Source: Nitrospirota bacterium (GTDB taxonomy: Bacteria; Nitrospirota; Nitrospiria; Nitrospirales; Nitrospiraceae). Taken from it: a stretch of 64,000 bases of DNA. Position numbers and translations under genes: made by a program. Positions within the stretch are counted from its first letter, which is position 1, and each line of letters begins with the position of its first letter. The DNA is taken from the NCBI GenBank assembly GCA_963703955.1, contig CAVPGK010000015.1, positions 128,001 through 192,000 of the forward strand, read 5' to 3'. Below are positions 10,071 through 21,488 of this stretch, piece by piece. A model generated the notes under the pieces. It had not been told where the DNA came from. It saw nothing but the letters and a program-made list of their open reading frames with translations, and made no database searches.

Positions 10071-11344
10071 TCAGTTGGCTATGTAAATCAAGCCGACACT
10101 CTTCTCGATCCGATCTTGTATACGCATCGGGGACAGCCACGATTCAGGATGGCGAAGATCCACGCCTTGAACCAAGATGGGAACCCAGATGCGTTCCGTG
10201 TCTCCGATCAGTTGCCCCATGCGTTCGATCACAGGCGCCATCGGATTACCCTGACCCTGGGTGTGGACAAGAAAATACTGAAAGCCACTACGCTTCGCTT
10301 CCAGCAGGTCTTCTGCGTACTGCACGAGCGCGACAAGAGGATCGGTAACCGCCTCCGAGTGGACCTCAATCCCAAACTGCAACCCGGGAACGTGCGCCTG
10401 CATGGCCCGTTTCGAGTTTCGCCATAATCTTGATCGCCTCTTGAGCTTTCCATCCGGTCCATTGCCAATATTCCGGCGAGTTCCCGGCTCCAACCTGATC
10501 CACGCCTGCGTCTCCACGCATAGCCGCAAGCCCGGAAACAGAGACAGGGGAGAGCTTCGCCGGATCGGCCTTGATCTGAAAGTCTCGCTCAAACCCACGG
10601 AGTGCAAAAACGCTGAACCCGTCTGTGGGCCCCAGAGGGGCATCATTCCGGAACAAGACGCCGTTGATTCCCGTATCGGCCAGATCCATGAGAAGTCCCA
10701 TCAGATACTCTTGAAACGCGGGATGAAAGATATCCAGATACGGTGAGAGTCGGAGTTGGAGACGGGCCGCGTCATAGGACCGGTCCGCCCATCCCAGTGA
10801 GGGATCAACCCAGTTCATGCGCCGAAGGGACAATGCTGCAACACCGAAAGACCATGGCGATATGCGACCGAAACAAGCTCGCCAAAGACGTCTCTGGCCG
10901 TCTCCGCCCAACCCGTTCGAAAGTAGACCCTCCCCAGACTCCCGAGAGGGTGTGGCTCCTCGTCGTGTCCCGCTCCTTCCCGCGTCCCTATATCGAGCAG
11001 AACCATGGTGATCCCAGATCCGGCAAGCGATTGGATCCAGTCCTCTAGCTCGGGCCCCGTGGGCACTTGGGATGGCGGAAGAGAGAGATACCGATCTTTT
11101 TCGTCGGTGGAGTTGGCGTAGTGAGTACCTGCAGCGGCACGTGAGGCGAGACTGGAAGTGGGTTCCCAGGAACGACACGGGCTGAGGTGGAAGACGCTTG
11201 TGAGGGAGTGTGCTCAGATGGCAGCGGACTGGCGCAGGCGACGCAGAGAAAGAAAAACGGGACAAGAAAACTGAGCAGAAGCCCGACAGACAGTGGGCAC
11301 CGCCTGTCGACCCTGCTCCAGCCTGGCTTGAACAGCCTTGTCAC
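10071..11344 (-). pseudogene. PgaB/GHL13-like glycoside hydrolase-family exported protein, broken by about 3 frameshifts
   Basis: Fragments in different frames join up: signal/ACAS..., VYFRT..DVFGELV, LDIFHP..GVLFRNDA, YWQWTGWKA, YAEDL; breaks near 11080, 10845, 10415. Confidence 0.55.
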
Positions 11345-11374
11345 TCAATGCTTCCTGATCGAACTATCATGGTT

Positions 11375-11470
11375 CAGGATGCTCAAAAAGGCCATCCAAC
11401 GAGGCCCGAAGCGAGGCAAAACCGGAGGCGTAGCCTCTGGGCTACGTTGAGGGCCTTTTTCAGCATCCTG
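11375..11470. mobile_element. MITE with 19-bp terminal inverted repeats matching the IS5 end at 34037-34055
   Basis: CAGGATGCTCAAAAAGGCC ... GGCCTTTTTCAGCATCCTG; abuts the ndk TAA. Confidence 0.8.
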
Positions 11471-11889
11471 TTACACACCCAACTCCATATCAGAGAAATA
11501 ATACCCGATCTCGAATCGCGCGGTCTCCGGCGAGTCGGACCGTGAACCGCGTTGAGTTCGATATTCGTCCCGTGCGCCGCTCGAATGGTCCCCGGATCGG
11601 CCTTGGCCGGGTCGGTGGCGCCCATCAGTTCACGATGGCGTTTGATGGCATCCTTCCCGTTCAGTACCAGGACGACTACCGGACCCGACGACATAAACGT
11701 CGTCAGGCTCTCGAAAAAGGGGCGTTGACGGTGCACCGCGTAGAAACCTTCTGCAGCGGCTTTCGACAGCCGCATCATCCGAATCGCAATCGGCCGCAAA
11801 CGGGCACCTTCGTATCGTCGGATAATGTCGCCGATCGCGTCCTTCTTGACTGCGTCGGGCTTGATGATCGCGAGAGTTCGTTCCATCAT
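11471..11889 (-). CDS. ndk: Nucleoside-diphosphate kinase (apparent 1-nt deletion near 11540)
   Basis: [12 protein letters not shown]...NAVHG; adding one T restores [24 protein letters not shown]. Confidence 0.93.
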
Positions 11890-12070
11890 GTTTGGCCGCC
11901 CCTCCAAATGGGTCATAGATCAACATAAATAACGTGATGCGGGATTATAAGGGGGACCTTCTGAAGCTTGCAAGAGAAGAGAAATGCGAAAGATTTTACT
12001 CCGTCTTCCTGGAACCCGAAGGTCGAACACTTGTCGCTCGGGGAAGGCACGAGAAGCAAAGCCGGATATG

Positions 12071-13109
12071 TCAAGACTGCGATCGAAAGCGCTCGGCGAT
12101 TTCGCTCGGCTTGAACACTCCCCGTTCGGTGATGATCGCGGTCACGTAATCGGCAGGGGTGACGTCGAAAGCGGGATTGAGAACATCCACACCGGCTGGA
12201 GCGATGGGATGACCGCCGTAGACGGTCGTGACTTCCTGCGGATTGCGCTGCTCGATCGGGATCTTATCCCCTGACGGTGTGTTCAAGTCGATCGTCGAAT
12301 AAGGCGCGGCAACGTAAAACGGGAATGCCGTGGGCTTTCGCGAGCACGGCGACGGAATAGGTCCCGATCTTATTGGCCACATCTCCATTGGCTGCAATCC
12401 GATCCGCCCCGACGATGCAGAGCTGGATCAGCCCCTGTCGCATCAATGTGCCGGCCATATTGTCGGTAATCAGCGTGACGGGAATCTTGTCCTGCATGAG
12501 TTCCCAGGCGGTCAGCCGTGCGCCTTGAAGAACCGGGCGAGTTTCGTCAGCCAGAACCCGTATCTTTTTCCCTTGCTCCCAGGCTGCCCGGATGACACCT
12601 AGAGCCGTGCCATACCCCGCCGTCGCCAGCGCGCCGGCGTTACAGTGCGTCAGGATAGTCTGACCATCGCTCACGAGAGCGGCTCCGTGGCGCCCCATGG
12701 CCTTATTCAACGCAATGTCCTCGTCGAGGATTCGCTGGGATTCCTCCAGCAGCCGGCGCTTGCTTTCAATCACCGACAGGTTGAGGGCTTCATCTAACGT
12801 GCGCTTCATACGCTCGATGGCCCAGAAGAGATTCACCGCCGTCGGTCTGGTGGCCGCCAAGTGATCGCAAATGGAAAGTACCGCCTTCTTAAACTCGTCG
12901 GGATTCTTCGTCATGATCGATTGCGCGCCCAAGGCCACACCCATCGCCGCCGTCACTCCGATCGCTGGCGCGCCCCGGACCCGTAATTCTCGGATGGCCA
13001 TGGCGACCGTCCGATAGTCCCGGCAATCGAGAAACTCCACCCGCTCCGGCAATCGGCTCTGATCCAACAGCCGCACCGCCCCATCTTTCCACTCAACCGT
13101 TGCAAGCAT
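12071..13109 (-). CDS. mtnA: S-methyl-5-thioribose-1-phosphate isomerase (apparent 1-nt insertion near 12322)
   Basis: [33 protein letters not shown]-terminus PFYVAAP...NPAFDVTP lies in a shifted frame. Confidence 0.93.
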
Positions 13110-13342
13110 CCTTCAAGCTCCAAAGCCAAGAAGTGGTCATGGCGCTGTTCAGCGCACTTTGAAACATGATGGCCCACTTTTCAAGTGCAATATCACTCAC
13201 GGGGGAGGAACATTTCTCAGCGATCGGAAATTCAGTTCCTTAGGGAAAGGACTCTATTGTTGGGGTATTTTTTCCAGTGCTGCGGCGGCTAGGATTACAT
13301 GCTTATGAAGCAACATCTGAGTTACCTGTTGCCATCACACTT

Positions 13343-13429
13343 TCACAGCAGGGCATATAGCCGTTGTGCCAGTTCATTCCGCAACGGCAGCACAAGCAAC
13401 CAGGTCCATATGAGCGTCACGAATTTCAT
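13343..13429 (-). CDS. Putative 28-aa hydrophobic peptide MKFVTLIWTWLLVLPLRNELAQRLYALL
   Basis: GAGAGG RBS; sigma54-type promoter about 60 nt upstream. Confidence 0.4.
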   Translation of the reverse strand: MKFVTLIWTWLLVLPLRNELAQRLYALL

Positions 13430-13491
13430 GGTCCTCTCACCCGCTTTCCAAACCTGAACGAGCCTACGACTCTCTTCTACTCACTTGGCCA

Positions 13492-13507
13492 TGCAACAGG
13501 AATGCCA
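13492..13507 (-). promoter_or_regulatory. sigma54 -24/-12 promoter
   Basis: TGGCAT-TCCTG-TTGCA on the minus strand with exact consensus spacing. Confidence 0.55.
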
Positions 13508-13756
13508 GGCAAAGGCTGGGAGCAGCGGGCTAACTTTCACCTTCATTGCTCGAGGGTAAGAGTCTTAATTGAGAGGGAATACGCGCATGTCTATAGTGCA
13601 AGCAGCAACAAGGCCAAGGGGTTCGTTTCTCCGGCTGGCCTAAGGCCAGCTTAATCTGCCTCTGGCTAGGAGCCTGGTTTCGGCGTGAGCGTAGCCAAAA
13701 AGATACGAACAGGTATCCTAATGCATACGTATGAAGAGTATCGCTGGCTCATTCCC

Positions 13757-16303
13757 TCAAGCGCCCCTGCCCATCCATTGCCGCCATAGTCTCCTGAGGT
13801 TGTGGGTTTCGGCCGTGAGCATGTCGGGCCCAATACGAACCGGCTGCACTAAGGCATCGCGGCCCGCACGTACGTCCATGGCGGGGGAAGACAGCTTCGC
13901 CGCTATCTGAATGGCTCCCTGTCGATCGGTCCGAAATACCCGTCTGTGCTCCCCTTCATACGCTTGAAGGACAGGGGGGGCCGGATGGCCATAGGGATTG
14001 GTGCGACCGACGGAAATCACAGCGGCTTCCGGATGCGCGCGGCTAATCCATTCCTCCTGCAAGGAGCTGAGAGCGCCGTGATGGGGGACCTTGATGACGC
14101 GGGCGTTAAACCCCGGATCGGTGTTCTGCAACCTGGCAATCGCGTCCACTTCGATGTCCGCCGTGAAGAGAAACGAGTGTGGACCACAGTCTAGACGCGT
14201 AACAATGGAGAGGTTATTGAGCACGGTTCCGGAATGACCGTTCACAGATAAAGGTCTTGCGACCCGGTCTCGCCCCGGAGGATTGAGAGTACGCAGCCGG
14301 CAGGGACCAGAATCGATGATCATCTGTCCGGATTCTGCAATCTCCTCATGCACTCCCTGCGCATCGAGGCCGGCTTGCAGGCGCTGATAGAACGGTTCAT
14401 CTCTACTTAGTCCATTCCCCCAATAGTGACCGACTTGAAACTTTCGCACCGTCCACGCCAATCCTCCGACATGATCCAGCTGCGGATGCGTGCCGATGAC
14501 ATGGTCGAGACGAGTAATGCCCTGGTCCCAGAGAAAGGGCCCGACCACCGCCCGGCCCATATCCAGCGTATCGTACGACGCCCCCGCGTCAATGAGCACG
14601 GTCTGGTTATCCGGAAGCTCAATGACGCAGGCATCCCCCTGTCCCACATCTAGAAACGTGATACGGAGCGTGTCCCCATCCGACCAGGGGCGCGGTGACC
14701 ACGCCCACCAGCACAGAAGAAGCACGACGCCTCCGATCGCTCCCAGCCGAAGTCGAACACGCTTCGAGCGCCAGGCAATGAACAGCAATAGGTAAAAGAT
14801 GGCCATTCCAAGCGGCGCCGGTGAGGCTGTGTGCCATTCCGCCCCGGGAACCTTGGCCAAGATACTGACCATGTCCACCAGCCAATCGCCCAGAGCTTGG
14901 TTGATTGAAGCCCCAGGCAAGGACCCGGACCCAGTCATGAGGAGCCAGAGGGCCGATCCCAGCCCAAACGGAACGAGGACGAAGCCTGCAAACGGGATGA
15001 CTAGGAGGTTCGCGAGAATGCCGAGCCATGGAATTTGATTGAAATCATAGGCCACGAGAGGAAGCGTCACGATCATGATGGCGCCGGTGATCTTGAGGTA
15101 GGTCTGTATCCACATCCATGCTCTTGATCGCAGTGAAGACTCCGACGTGTTGTCCCTTGGCTGCTCGCCGCTCCGACTGACAACCAGGGCGATCGCCAAG
15201 ACGGAGAGAAAGGAGAGTTGGAACGAAATGTCGAACAGCGCGCGTGGATCGTTCAAGAGGACCAAGAGGGCCGCGGCGGCCAAAGCCGGGAGCAATTGAT
15301 TCTGACGTCCCAACCACACGGCCAGGAGAAAGATCAGAATCATGACCAACGAGCGCACAGTGGCCACCTGTGACCCGGCCAGCAGCGTGTAGAAGGTCAC
15401 CGGCAACACCGTGATCAGAGCGGTCAATCGGGTCATGGTGATATGACGCGACAGGGCCAAGAGCCACATCGGGGGAAGGTGGCGCCAGATTTTACCAATC
15501 AGCAGGTACGAGAGAAAGGCAATCAGCCCGAGGTGTGACCCCGAAATCGAGAGTATATGAACGGTCCCCGTGGCCATGAACAGATCACGAACCTCAGGTG
15601 TGACATAATCCGGCTCTCCGATGACCATGCCGAGATACACACCCAACGCGGATCCATCCAGAGCTTGGATCGACGCCTCGCGAATACGGTCTCTCCAGGT
15701 GTTGACGAGCATCCAGGGTAACCACTGAGAAGGCCCCGTGTCCGTTTCAAGGATGGTCAGCTTTCCCTGCCCGGATACCGACGCCACTGCGTCGATCCCG
15801 TGCTGCTCAAGGTAGGCACCGTAATCGAATCCTCCTGGATTGATCATGCCCGACGGCGGCCGTAGTCGAGCGACAACGGCGATCTGATCGCCCTGATGCA
15901 CGGTGACGTCTGGGTTTCGCCATGTCAGGCGAAGCCGACCTTCAATCGCCGTCTCGTGGCTGCCTTCTCCCACGGAAGAGAGGCCCAGGACGATCACCGC
16001 ACGATCCGGCGCGTACCTCGCAGGCTCGACAACCCTGCCGACGATTCTGACCGGATCTCTTCCATCGAGACCCGGCAGAGGTCTCCCGGTCACCGCCCAG
16101 AGAAACACCGTCCAATAGAGGACGCCCGCCAAGAGACTTCCGTACATGATCAACCCATGACGCGTGGTCAATCGCTGACGGCGTTCGAGAACGGTGAGTC
16201 CCGCTGCCGCAAGAGTCAGGAAGATAACGATTGTCACCGGAAGGAAGGGAAGAATGGATCCACAGAGCAGTCCGACGATGAAGGCTACGGTGAGAGACAG
16301 CAT
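13757..16303 (-). CDS. comEC: ComEC/Rec2 DNA internalisation competence protein
   Basis: NPGGFDY, HILSISGSH, SFQLSF, beta-lactamase-like DVGQGD, THPQLDH, KVPHHG. Confidence 0.95.
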   Translation of the reverse strand: MLSLTVAFIVGLLCGSILPFLPVTIVIFLTLAAAGLTVLERRQRLTTRHGLIMYGSLLAGVLYWTVFLWAVTGRPLPGLDGRDPVRIVGRVVEPARYAPDRAVIVLGLSSVGEGSHETAIEGRLRLTWRNPDVTVHQGDQIAVVARLRPPSGMINPGGFDYGAYLEQHGIDAVASVSGQGKLTILETDTGPSQWLPWMLVNTWRDRIREASIQALDGSALGVYLGMVIGEPDYVTPEVRDLFMATGTVHILSISGSHLGLIAFLSYLLIGKIWRHLPPMWLLALSRHITMTRLTALITVLPVTFYTLLAGSQVATVRSLVMILIFLLAVWLGRQNQLLPALAAAALLVLLNDPRALFDISFQLSFLSVLAIALVVSRSGEQPRDNTSESSLRSRAWMWIQTYLKITGAIMIVTLPLVAYDFNQIPWLGILANLLVIPFAGFVLVPFGLGSALWLLMTGSGSLPGASINQALGDWLVDMVSILAKVPGAEWHTASPAPLGMAIFYLLLFIAWRSKRVRLRLGAIGGVVLLLCWWAWSPRPWSDGDTLRITFLDVGQGDACVIELPDNQTVLIDAGASYDTLDMGRAVVGPFLWDQGITRLDHVIGTHPQLDHVGGLAWTVRKFQVGHYWGNGLSRDEPFYQRLQAGLDAQGVHEEIAESGQMIIDSGPCRLRTLNPPGRDRVARPLSVNGHSGTVLNNLSIVTRLDCGPHSFLFTADIEVDAIARLQNTDPGFNARVIKVPHHGALSSLQEEWISRAHPEAAVISVGRTNPYGHPAPPVLQAYEGEHRRVFRTDRQGAIQIAAKLSSPAMDVRAGRDALVQPVRIGPDMLTAETHNLRRLWRQWMGRGA

Positions 16304-16389
16304 GTGGATCCGGCGGACCGGCCGAACGAGAAACGGTAGCGTAACAATCGCCCGCTTACACCGTGTGTGCCCTCGTGAGAGCCACCGGC

Positions 16390-17739
16390 CTATCCGAGTC
16401 TGGCTCGCACCACCATAGCCAGCTCTTCAGCCAACGATCGGATGAGGGCGTCTCGTTCGCCTTCCACCATGATTCGAAGAAGGGGTTCGGTTCCGGAGTA
16501 GCGGACGAGCACTCGACCGGTGCCGTTTAACTTCACTTCCGCCGACTGAATCGCCTGTTGAATATCGGGGAACGTCGCCAGATCCGGCTTCTCTTTCACC
16601 CGCACTCCGAGCAGGACTTGTGGCACCGCGGACATACACGTGGCGAGGTCGGACAATGGTCGACTTGTGCGCTTCATGAGGCAGAGAAGCTGAAGCGCGG
16701 AGATCAGGCCATCCCCTGTCGTATTGTGGTCGAGGAATATCAGGTGCCCGGATTGCTCACCTCCAACGTTCAATCCGTCGGCGACCATTCGCTCCAACAG
16801 GTACCGATCGCCGACCGGCGTACGAATCAGCTTGACGCCGGCTTTCGCCATAGCCAGCTCAAGCCCGAAGTTGCTCATGACGGTTCCAACGAGGGTCTGT
16901 CGTTTCAACAGGCCTCGTTCATGCATATCCAGCGCAATGGAAGCCATGGCATGATCGCCATCGACCACCTTGCCTTCTTCACACACGAAGACAGCCCGGT
17001 CGGCATCCCCATCGTGCGCGATCCCCACATGAGCCTCGTGGTCCAGCACGGCTTGCTGCAGGCGCTCCGGGGAGACTGCGCCGCAGCCGGCATTGATATT
17101 CATCCCATCCGGCTGATCGCCGATCACCCAGACCGTCGCTCCCAACTCTCGCAAGACCTTTGGCGCCACTTTATAGGCGGCTCCGTTGGCGCAGTCCACG
17201 ACGATCCGCAGACCCTGAAAGTCCAAATCCTTGGGCAACGAGCGCTTCACGAACTCGATATACCGTCCCTCGGCATCGTCGATCCGGAAGGCCTTCCCGA
17301 CATCATCCGCCGTCGGACGCAAGTGTTCGATCTCATCCGATGTAATGAGCGCCTCCATCCGCGCTTCCAACTCGTCGGGGAGTTTGAAACCGTCGTTGGA
17401 AAAAAACTTGATCCCATTGTCCTGATAGGGATTGTGCGAGGCGGAGATCATGACCCCGGCATCGGCTCGAAGGCTCCGGGTGAGAAACGCAATCGCCGGC
17501 GTGGGAAGCGGCCCCACCAGAAGGACGTCCACGCCCATGGAGCAAATTCCGGAGGTCAGTGCGGATTCCAACATGTACCCGGACAAGCGCGTATCTTTTC
17601 CGATGACGATCTGATGACGACCGGAGCGTCGTTTGAAGAGGTACGCCGCTGCGCGACCCAGCTTCATCGCCGTCTCGCTGGTCATCGGCTCAAGATTCGC
17701 AACCCCGCGCACTCCATCTGTGCCGAATAGCTTGCGCAT
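16390..17739 (-). CDS. glmM: Phosphoglucosamine mutase
   Basis: [34 protein letters not shown]. Confidence 0.96.
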   Translation of the reverse strand: MRKLFGTDGVRGVANLEPMTSETAMKLGRAAAYLFKRRSGRHQIVIGKDTRLSGYMLESALTSGICSMGVDVLLVGPLPTPAIAFLTRSLRADAGVMISASHNPYQDNGIKFFSNDGFKLPDELEARMEALITSDEIEHLRPTADDVGKAFRIDDAEGRYIEFVKRSLPKDLDFQGLRIVVDCANGAAYKVAPKVLRELGATVWVIGDQPDGMNINAGCGAVSPERLQQAVLDHEAHVGIAHDGDADRAVFVCEEGKVVDGDHAMASIALDMHERGLLKRQTLVGTVMSNFGLELAMAKAGVKLIRTPVGDRYLLERMVADGLNVGGEQSGHLIFLDHNTTGDGLISALQLLCLMKRTSRPLSDLATCMSAVPQVLLGVRVKEKPDLATFPDIQQAIQSAEVKLNGTGRVLVRYSGTEPLLRIMVEGERDALIRSLAEELAMVVRARLG

Positions 17740-17759
17740 ACCGCTCCTTCGCTGAGCCA

Positions 17760-18662
17760 TCAGCGATCAGCCTTTAGCTCCGGGTGAGTGCCGGCAGCTG
17801 ATTGCTGACAGCTCATGATGGCTTCTGTGACACGGACCACGTCCCGTATCTGTTCGACGTCATGCACCCGAACGACCCGAGCTCCGTTGAACACCGCCAC
17901 AACAACCGCCGCCGCCGTACCCATGAGACACTCGTCCACCTGTCGATCCAATACCCGGCCGATAAACGCCTTCCGCGAGACCCCGATGAGGACCGGCCGA
18001 CCAAGCGTGGTCAACGCATGGAGCCGCGCCAACAGTGTGAGATTATGCTCCAAATTCTTGCCGAATCCAATGCCGGGGTCAAGGAGAATACGGTCCGGGC
18101 TGATCCCGGCGTTGAGAGCCGCTTGCATTCGCTCCTGAAAAAAAACGTGCACCTCATCCGTTACGTTGACGTAGTGCGGCGCCTGCTGCATGTCCTTCGG
18201 CGTTCCTTGCATATGCATGAGAACAATTCCAGCCCCATATCGAGCCACAACCGAAGCCATCTCGGCATCGAACCGGAGAGCGCTAATATCGTTAATTATA
18301 GTCGCCCCGGCGTCCAGCGCCTGCTCAGCGACCCGAGCCTTTCTGGTGTCGACCGAAACAGGCACCGCCACCTTCCGGCAGACTGCACGCACCACGGGAA
18401 GCAACCGGCGTAATTCCTCATGTTCCTCCACGGGGTTAGAGCCCGGCCTGGTGGATTCAGCCCCGATGTCAAGCAGGTCAGCGCCTTGCTCAACCATGGT
18501 CAGAGCGCGCGCCAGAGCCGCCTCAGGGTCCAGGTACAGACCGCCGTCGGAAAAGGAATCGGGGGTGGCATTCAGTACCCCCATGATGTGGACTCGATCA
18601 GATAATGGAAGGATACGATCTTTGACCCTAAGTACCTCTCGGGTGCACGAAGAACTCGGCAT
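17760..18662 (-). CDS. folP: Dihydropteroate synthase (start uncertain)
   Basis: [37 protein letters not shown]. Confidence 0.95.
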   Translation of the reverse strand: MPSSSCTREVLRVKDRILPLSDRVHIMGVLNATPDSFSDGGLYLDPEAALARALTMVEQGADLLDIGAESTRPGSNPVEEHEELRRLLPVVRAVCRKVAVPVSVDTRKARVAEQALDAGATIINDISALRFDAEMASVVARYGAGIVLMHMQGTPKDMQQAPHYVNVTDEVHVFFQERMQAALNAGISPDRILLDPGIGFGKNLEHNLTLLARLHALTTLGRPVLIGVSRKAFIGRVLDRQVDECLMGTAAAVVVAVFNGARVVRVHDVEQIRDVVRVTEAIMSCQQSAAGTHPELKADR

Positions 18663-18797
18663 GACCGTTCGCCTTATCAAACCAACCGCGAGCCGGGCAG
18701 GATAACAACTGTGGGAGACCCGCACAGGGACCTGTTTTAAACAATGCGATGCGCACGACAGGGGCCCGCCGTGCGCATCGCGAGACCACTTGGGAAA

Positions 18798-20612
18798 TCA
18801 GACAGGAACAGCCTGCGGCATTGAACCTTTCTGAATAATCTGATCGATTTCCAGAGCGTCGAGCACTTCCTTCTCCAGCAGTGCTTCCGCCAGGGCTTTC
18901 AGTATGCCCATGTGTTCGGTGAGCATGCGCTTCGCCCGTTCGTAATTCTCAATGACCAACCGTTTCACTTCATGATCGATCTCAATGGCCACCTGCTCGC
19001 TGAAATCACGGCGAGTTGCGATCTCGCGACCGAGAAAGATTTCCTCGTCCTTTTTTCCGAAGGTCAGCGGACCCAGCTTCTCGCTCATCCCCCACTCACA
19101 GACCATTTTGCGGGCCAAATCGGTGGCGCGCTCGATGTCGTTCCCGGCGCCGGTCGTGACATGATTAAGGACCAACTCCTCAGCCACTCGCCCGCCGAGA
19201 AGAATCGCCAAGTTGTTGTAGAGAAAGTCCTTGGAGAAGTTGTGCCGGTCGTCGGTCGGAAGCTGCATGGTCACGCCCAAGGCTCGTCCACGGGGAATGA
19301 TCGTGACTTTGTGGACAGGATCGGCGCCAGGCAACAACTTGGCCATGAGCGCATGGCCGGCCTCATGATACGCGGTGGTCCGCTTCTCCTCGTCGGTCAA
19401 GACCATGCTCTTGCGCTCGGCGCCCATGAGCACCTTGTCTTTCGCGGTCTCAAAATCCACCAACTCCACGACCTTCTTATCCTGCCGAGCCGCCCAGAGC
19501 GCGGCTTCATTGACCAGATTTTCCAAATCGGCGCCCGAAAACCCTGGCGTCCCGCGAGCGATTTTTTCCAACTCAACATCGCCCGCGATTGGTACCTTCT
19601 TGGTGTGCACCTTGAGGATTTCGGCGCGACCCCTCAGGTCAGGACGATTCACCACAATCTGTCGATCAAATCGGCCAGGCCTCAGCAGAGCCGGATCCAG
19701 CACATCAGGCCGATTGGTGGCCGCAATGAGGATGACCCCTTCCGTCGTGTCGAACCCATCCATTTCCACAAGAAGCTGGTTCAGTGTCTGTTCCCGCTCG
19801 TCATGGCCACCCCCGAGTCCGGCTCCGCGCAGGCGACCGACCGCATCGATCTCGTCGATGAAGATAATGCACGGCGCATGTTTCTTGCCTTGCTCGAACA
19901 AATCGCGCACACGGGATGCGCCCACCCCAACGAACATTTCCACGAAGTCCGAGCCGCTGATACTGAAAAACGGCACACCCGCTTCCCCTGCAATGGCTTT
20001 GGCGAGAAGCGTTTTTCCAGTGCCCGGCGGACCCACGATCAGCACGCCTTTGGGAATCCTCCCGCCCAGCTTTTGGAACTTTCTGGGATCCTTTAGGAAT
20101 TCGATAATTTCCGAGACTTCTTCCTTCGCTTCGTCAATCCCCGCCACATCCGAGAAGGTGATTTTTTTCCGTTCCTCGGTCAGCATGCGGGCGCGGCTTT
20201 TTCCGAAGGAAAGCGCCTTGTTTCCCCCGATCTGCATTTGACGCATCAAGAAAAACCAGAGCCCCAGAAACAGAATGAATGGTCCCCACGTGACGAGGAA
20301 CGTGATATACCACGGACTCTCATCTGGGGGCTTGGCCTCGATCTGAACGTTGCGTTCACGAAGCACCTTCACCATGTCCGGATATTCGGCCGAGTAGGTT
20401 CGGATCCGGGTGCCGTCCTTAAGAATAGCGCTGATGTGATTGGACTTGATGATAACTTTGGTGACGTCGCCCTTATCCAACTGGGCCATGAAGTCGCTAA
20501 AAATCACTTCTTCTTCGGGCGCATGAGTCGGAACGCTAAATAGATTGAAGAGCAGAATCATGAAGAGCCCGACTACAACCCAGAACAGCAGGTTTTTCAC
20601 CCGAGAATTCAT
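18798..20612 (-). CDS. ftsH: ATP-dependent zinc metalloprotease FtsH
   Basis: Two TM helices, [17 protein letters not shown]. Confidence 0.97.
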   Translation of the reverse strand: MNSRVKNLLFWVVVGLFMILLFNLFSVPTHAPEEEVIFSDFMAQLDKGDVTKVIIKSNHISAILKDGTRIRTYSAEYPDMVKVLRERNVQIEAKPPDESPWYITFLVTWGPFILFLGLWFFLMRQMQIGGNKALSFGKSRARMLTEERKKITFSDVAGIDEAKEEVSEIIEFLKDPRKFQKLGGRIPKGVLIVGPPGTGKTLLAKAIAGEAGVPFFSISGSDFVEMFVGVGASRVRDLFEQGKKHAPCIIFIDEIDAVGRLRGAGLGGGHDEREQTLNQLLVEMDGFDTTEGVILIAATNRPDVLDPALLRPGRFDRQIVVNRPDLRGRAEILKVHTKKVPIAGDVELEKIARGTPGFSGADLENLVNEAALWAARQDKKVVELVDFETAKDKVLMGAERKSMVLTDEEKRTTAYHEAGHALMAKLLPGADPVHKVTIIPRGRALGVTMQLPTDDRHNFSKDFLYNNLAILLGGRVAEELVLNHVTTGAGNDIERATDLARKMVCEWGMSEKLGPLTFGKKDEEIFLGREIATRRDFSEQVAIEIDHEVKRLVIENYERAKRMLTEHMGILKALAEALLEKEVLDALEIDQIIQKGSMPQAVPV

Positions 20613-20937
20613 CCGACTCCTCCTAGTCACCAAACAAACGCGATCGAAAGAATGTATCGGCAGATTTTAACACAGAGTCTCGAAATGTGACAAGAATGGC
20701 GCTAGGTGGCCGGATTTCGTCACGAGGTGGCCGGGACCGAAGGTCACCGGGGCTTCTCCCAAGGCGCACCGCGCATGAATAAAGATCGCCACCTCTGCGC
20801 ATGCCGCCGCTCATGGCGAGCCGGCCGGTTCTGAAAGATTGGACCCTCTGAATCAAACGTCGAGGAGGTCGAACAATAAAAGCCTCACTAGGGCGAAAGG
20901 ATCGACTGCCACAGTAGGCGTTCATCAATAATCCCGG

Positions 20938-21486
20938 TTAGGCCTCCTCGCCGGTGTCATCAACTTTGTCCAGAACCGCTAGATACGGAAGATTACGATA
21001 CTTCTGCTGGTAGTCGAGCCCATACCCCACGACGTACTTATTAGGAATTGCAAAGCCCGTGTACTGCACCGCGACATCCACCTTCCGCCGCTCCGGTTTG
21101 CTGAGCAGCGCACACACTTTGATCGATTTGGGCTTCCGTTTCGATAGCGTGTTGATCAGATTCTGAACCGTCAACCCGGAATCGACGATGTCCTCTACCA
21201 GCAACACGTCCCTCCCGGCGATGTCCTCCGTTAAATCCGTCATGATCTTCACCTTGCCGGTACTCTTCGGTTTGGAGCCATAACTCGTCACGACCAAAAA
21301 ATCCACCCGCAGGGGAAGCCGGATGGCACGCGCAAGGTCCGCGTAGAAGGCAAAGGCGCCTTTGAGAATACCGACAAGGATCAGGTCCTTGTCGACATAA
21401 TCCGCTGTAATCTGCCGCCCCAGCTCGCGAATGCGCGTCCGCATTTCTTCCTGGGTCACAATCGGTCTCCCGAATATACGTTCCAT
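20938..21486 (-). CDS. hpt: Hypoxanthine phosphoribosyltransferase
   Basis: ILKGA, VEDIVDSGLT, VVGYGLDY. Confidence 0.95.
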   Translation of the reverse strand: MERIFGRPIVTQEEMRTRIRELGRQITADYVDKDLILVGILKGAFAFYADLARAIRLPLRVDFLVVTSYGSKPKSTGKVKIMTDLTEDIAGRDVLLVEDIVDSGLTVQNLINTLSKRKPKSIKVCALLSKPERRKVDVAVQYTGFAIPNKYVVGYGLDYQQKYRNLPYLAVLDKVDDTGEEA

Positions 21487-21488
21487 CG

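Noticed and set aside
11383..11470. C-terminal extension of Ndk in the ORF track
   Set aside because: Artefact of the frameshift reading into the MITE
20623..20928. ORF or ncRNA between hpt and ftsH
   Set aside because: No recognisable protein or RNA motif
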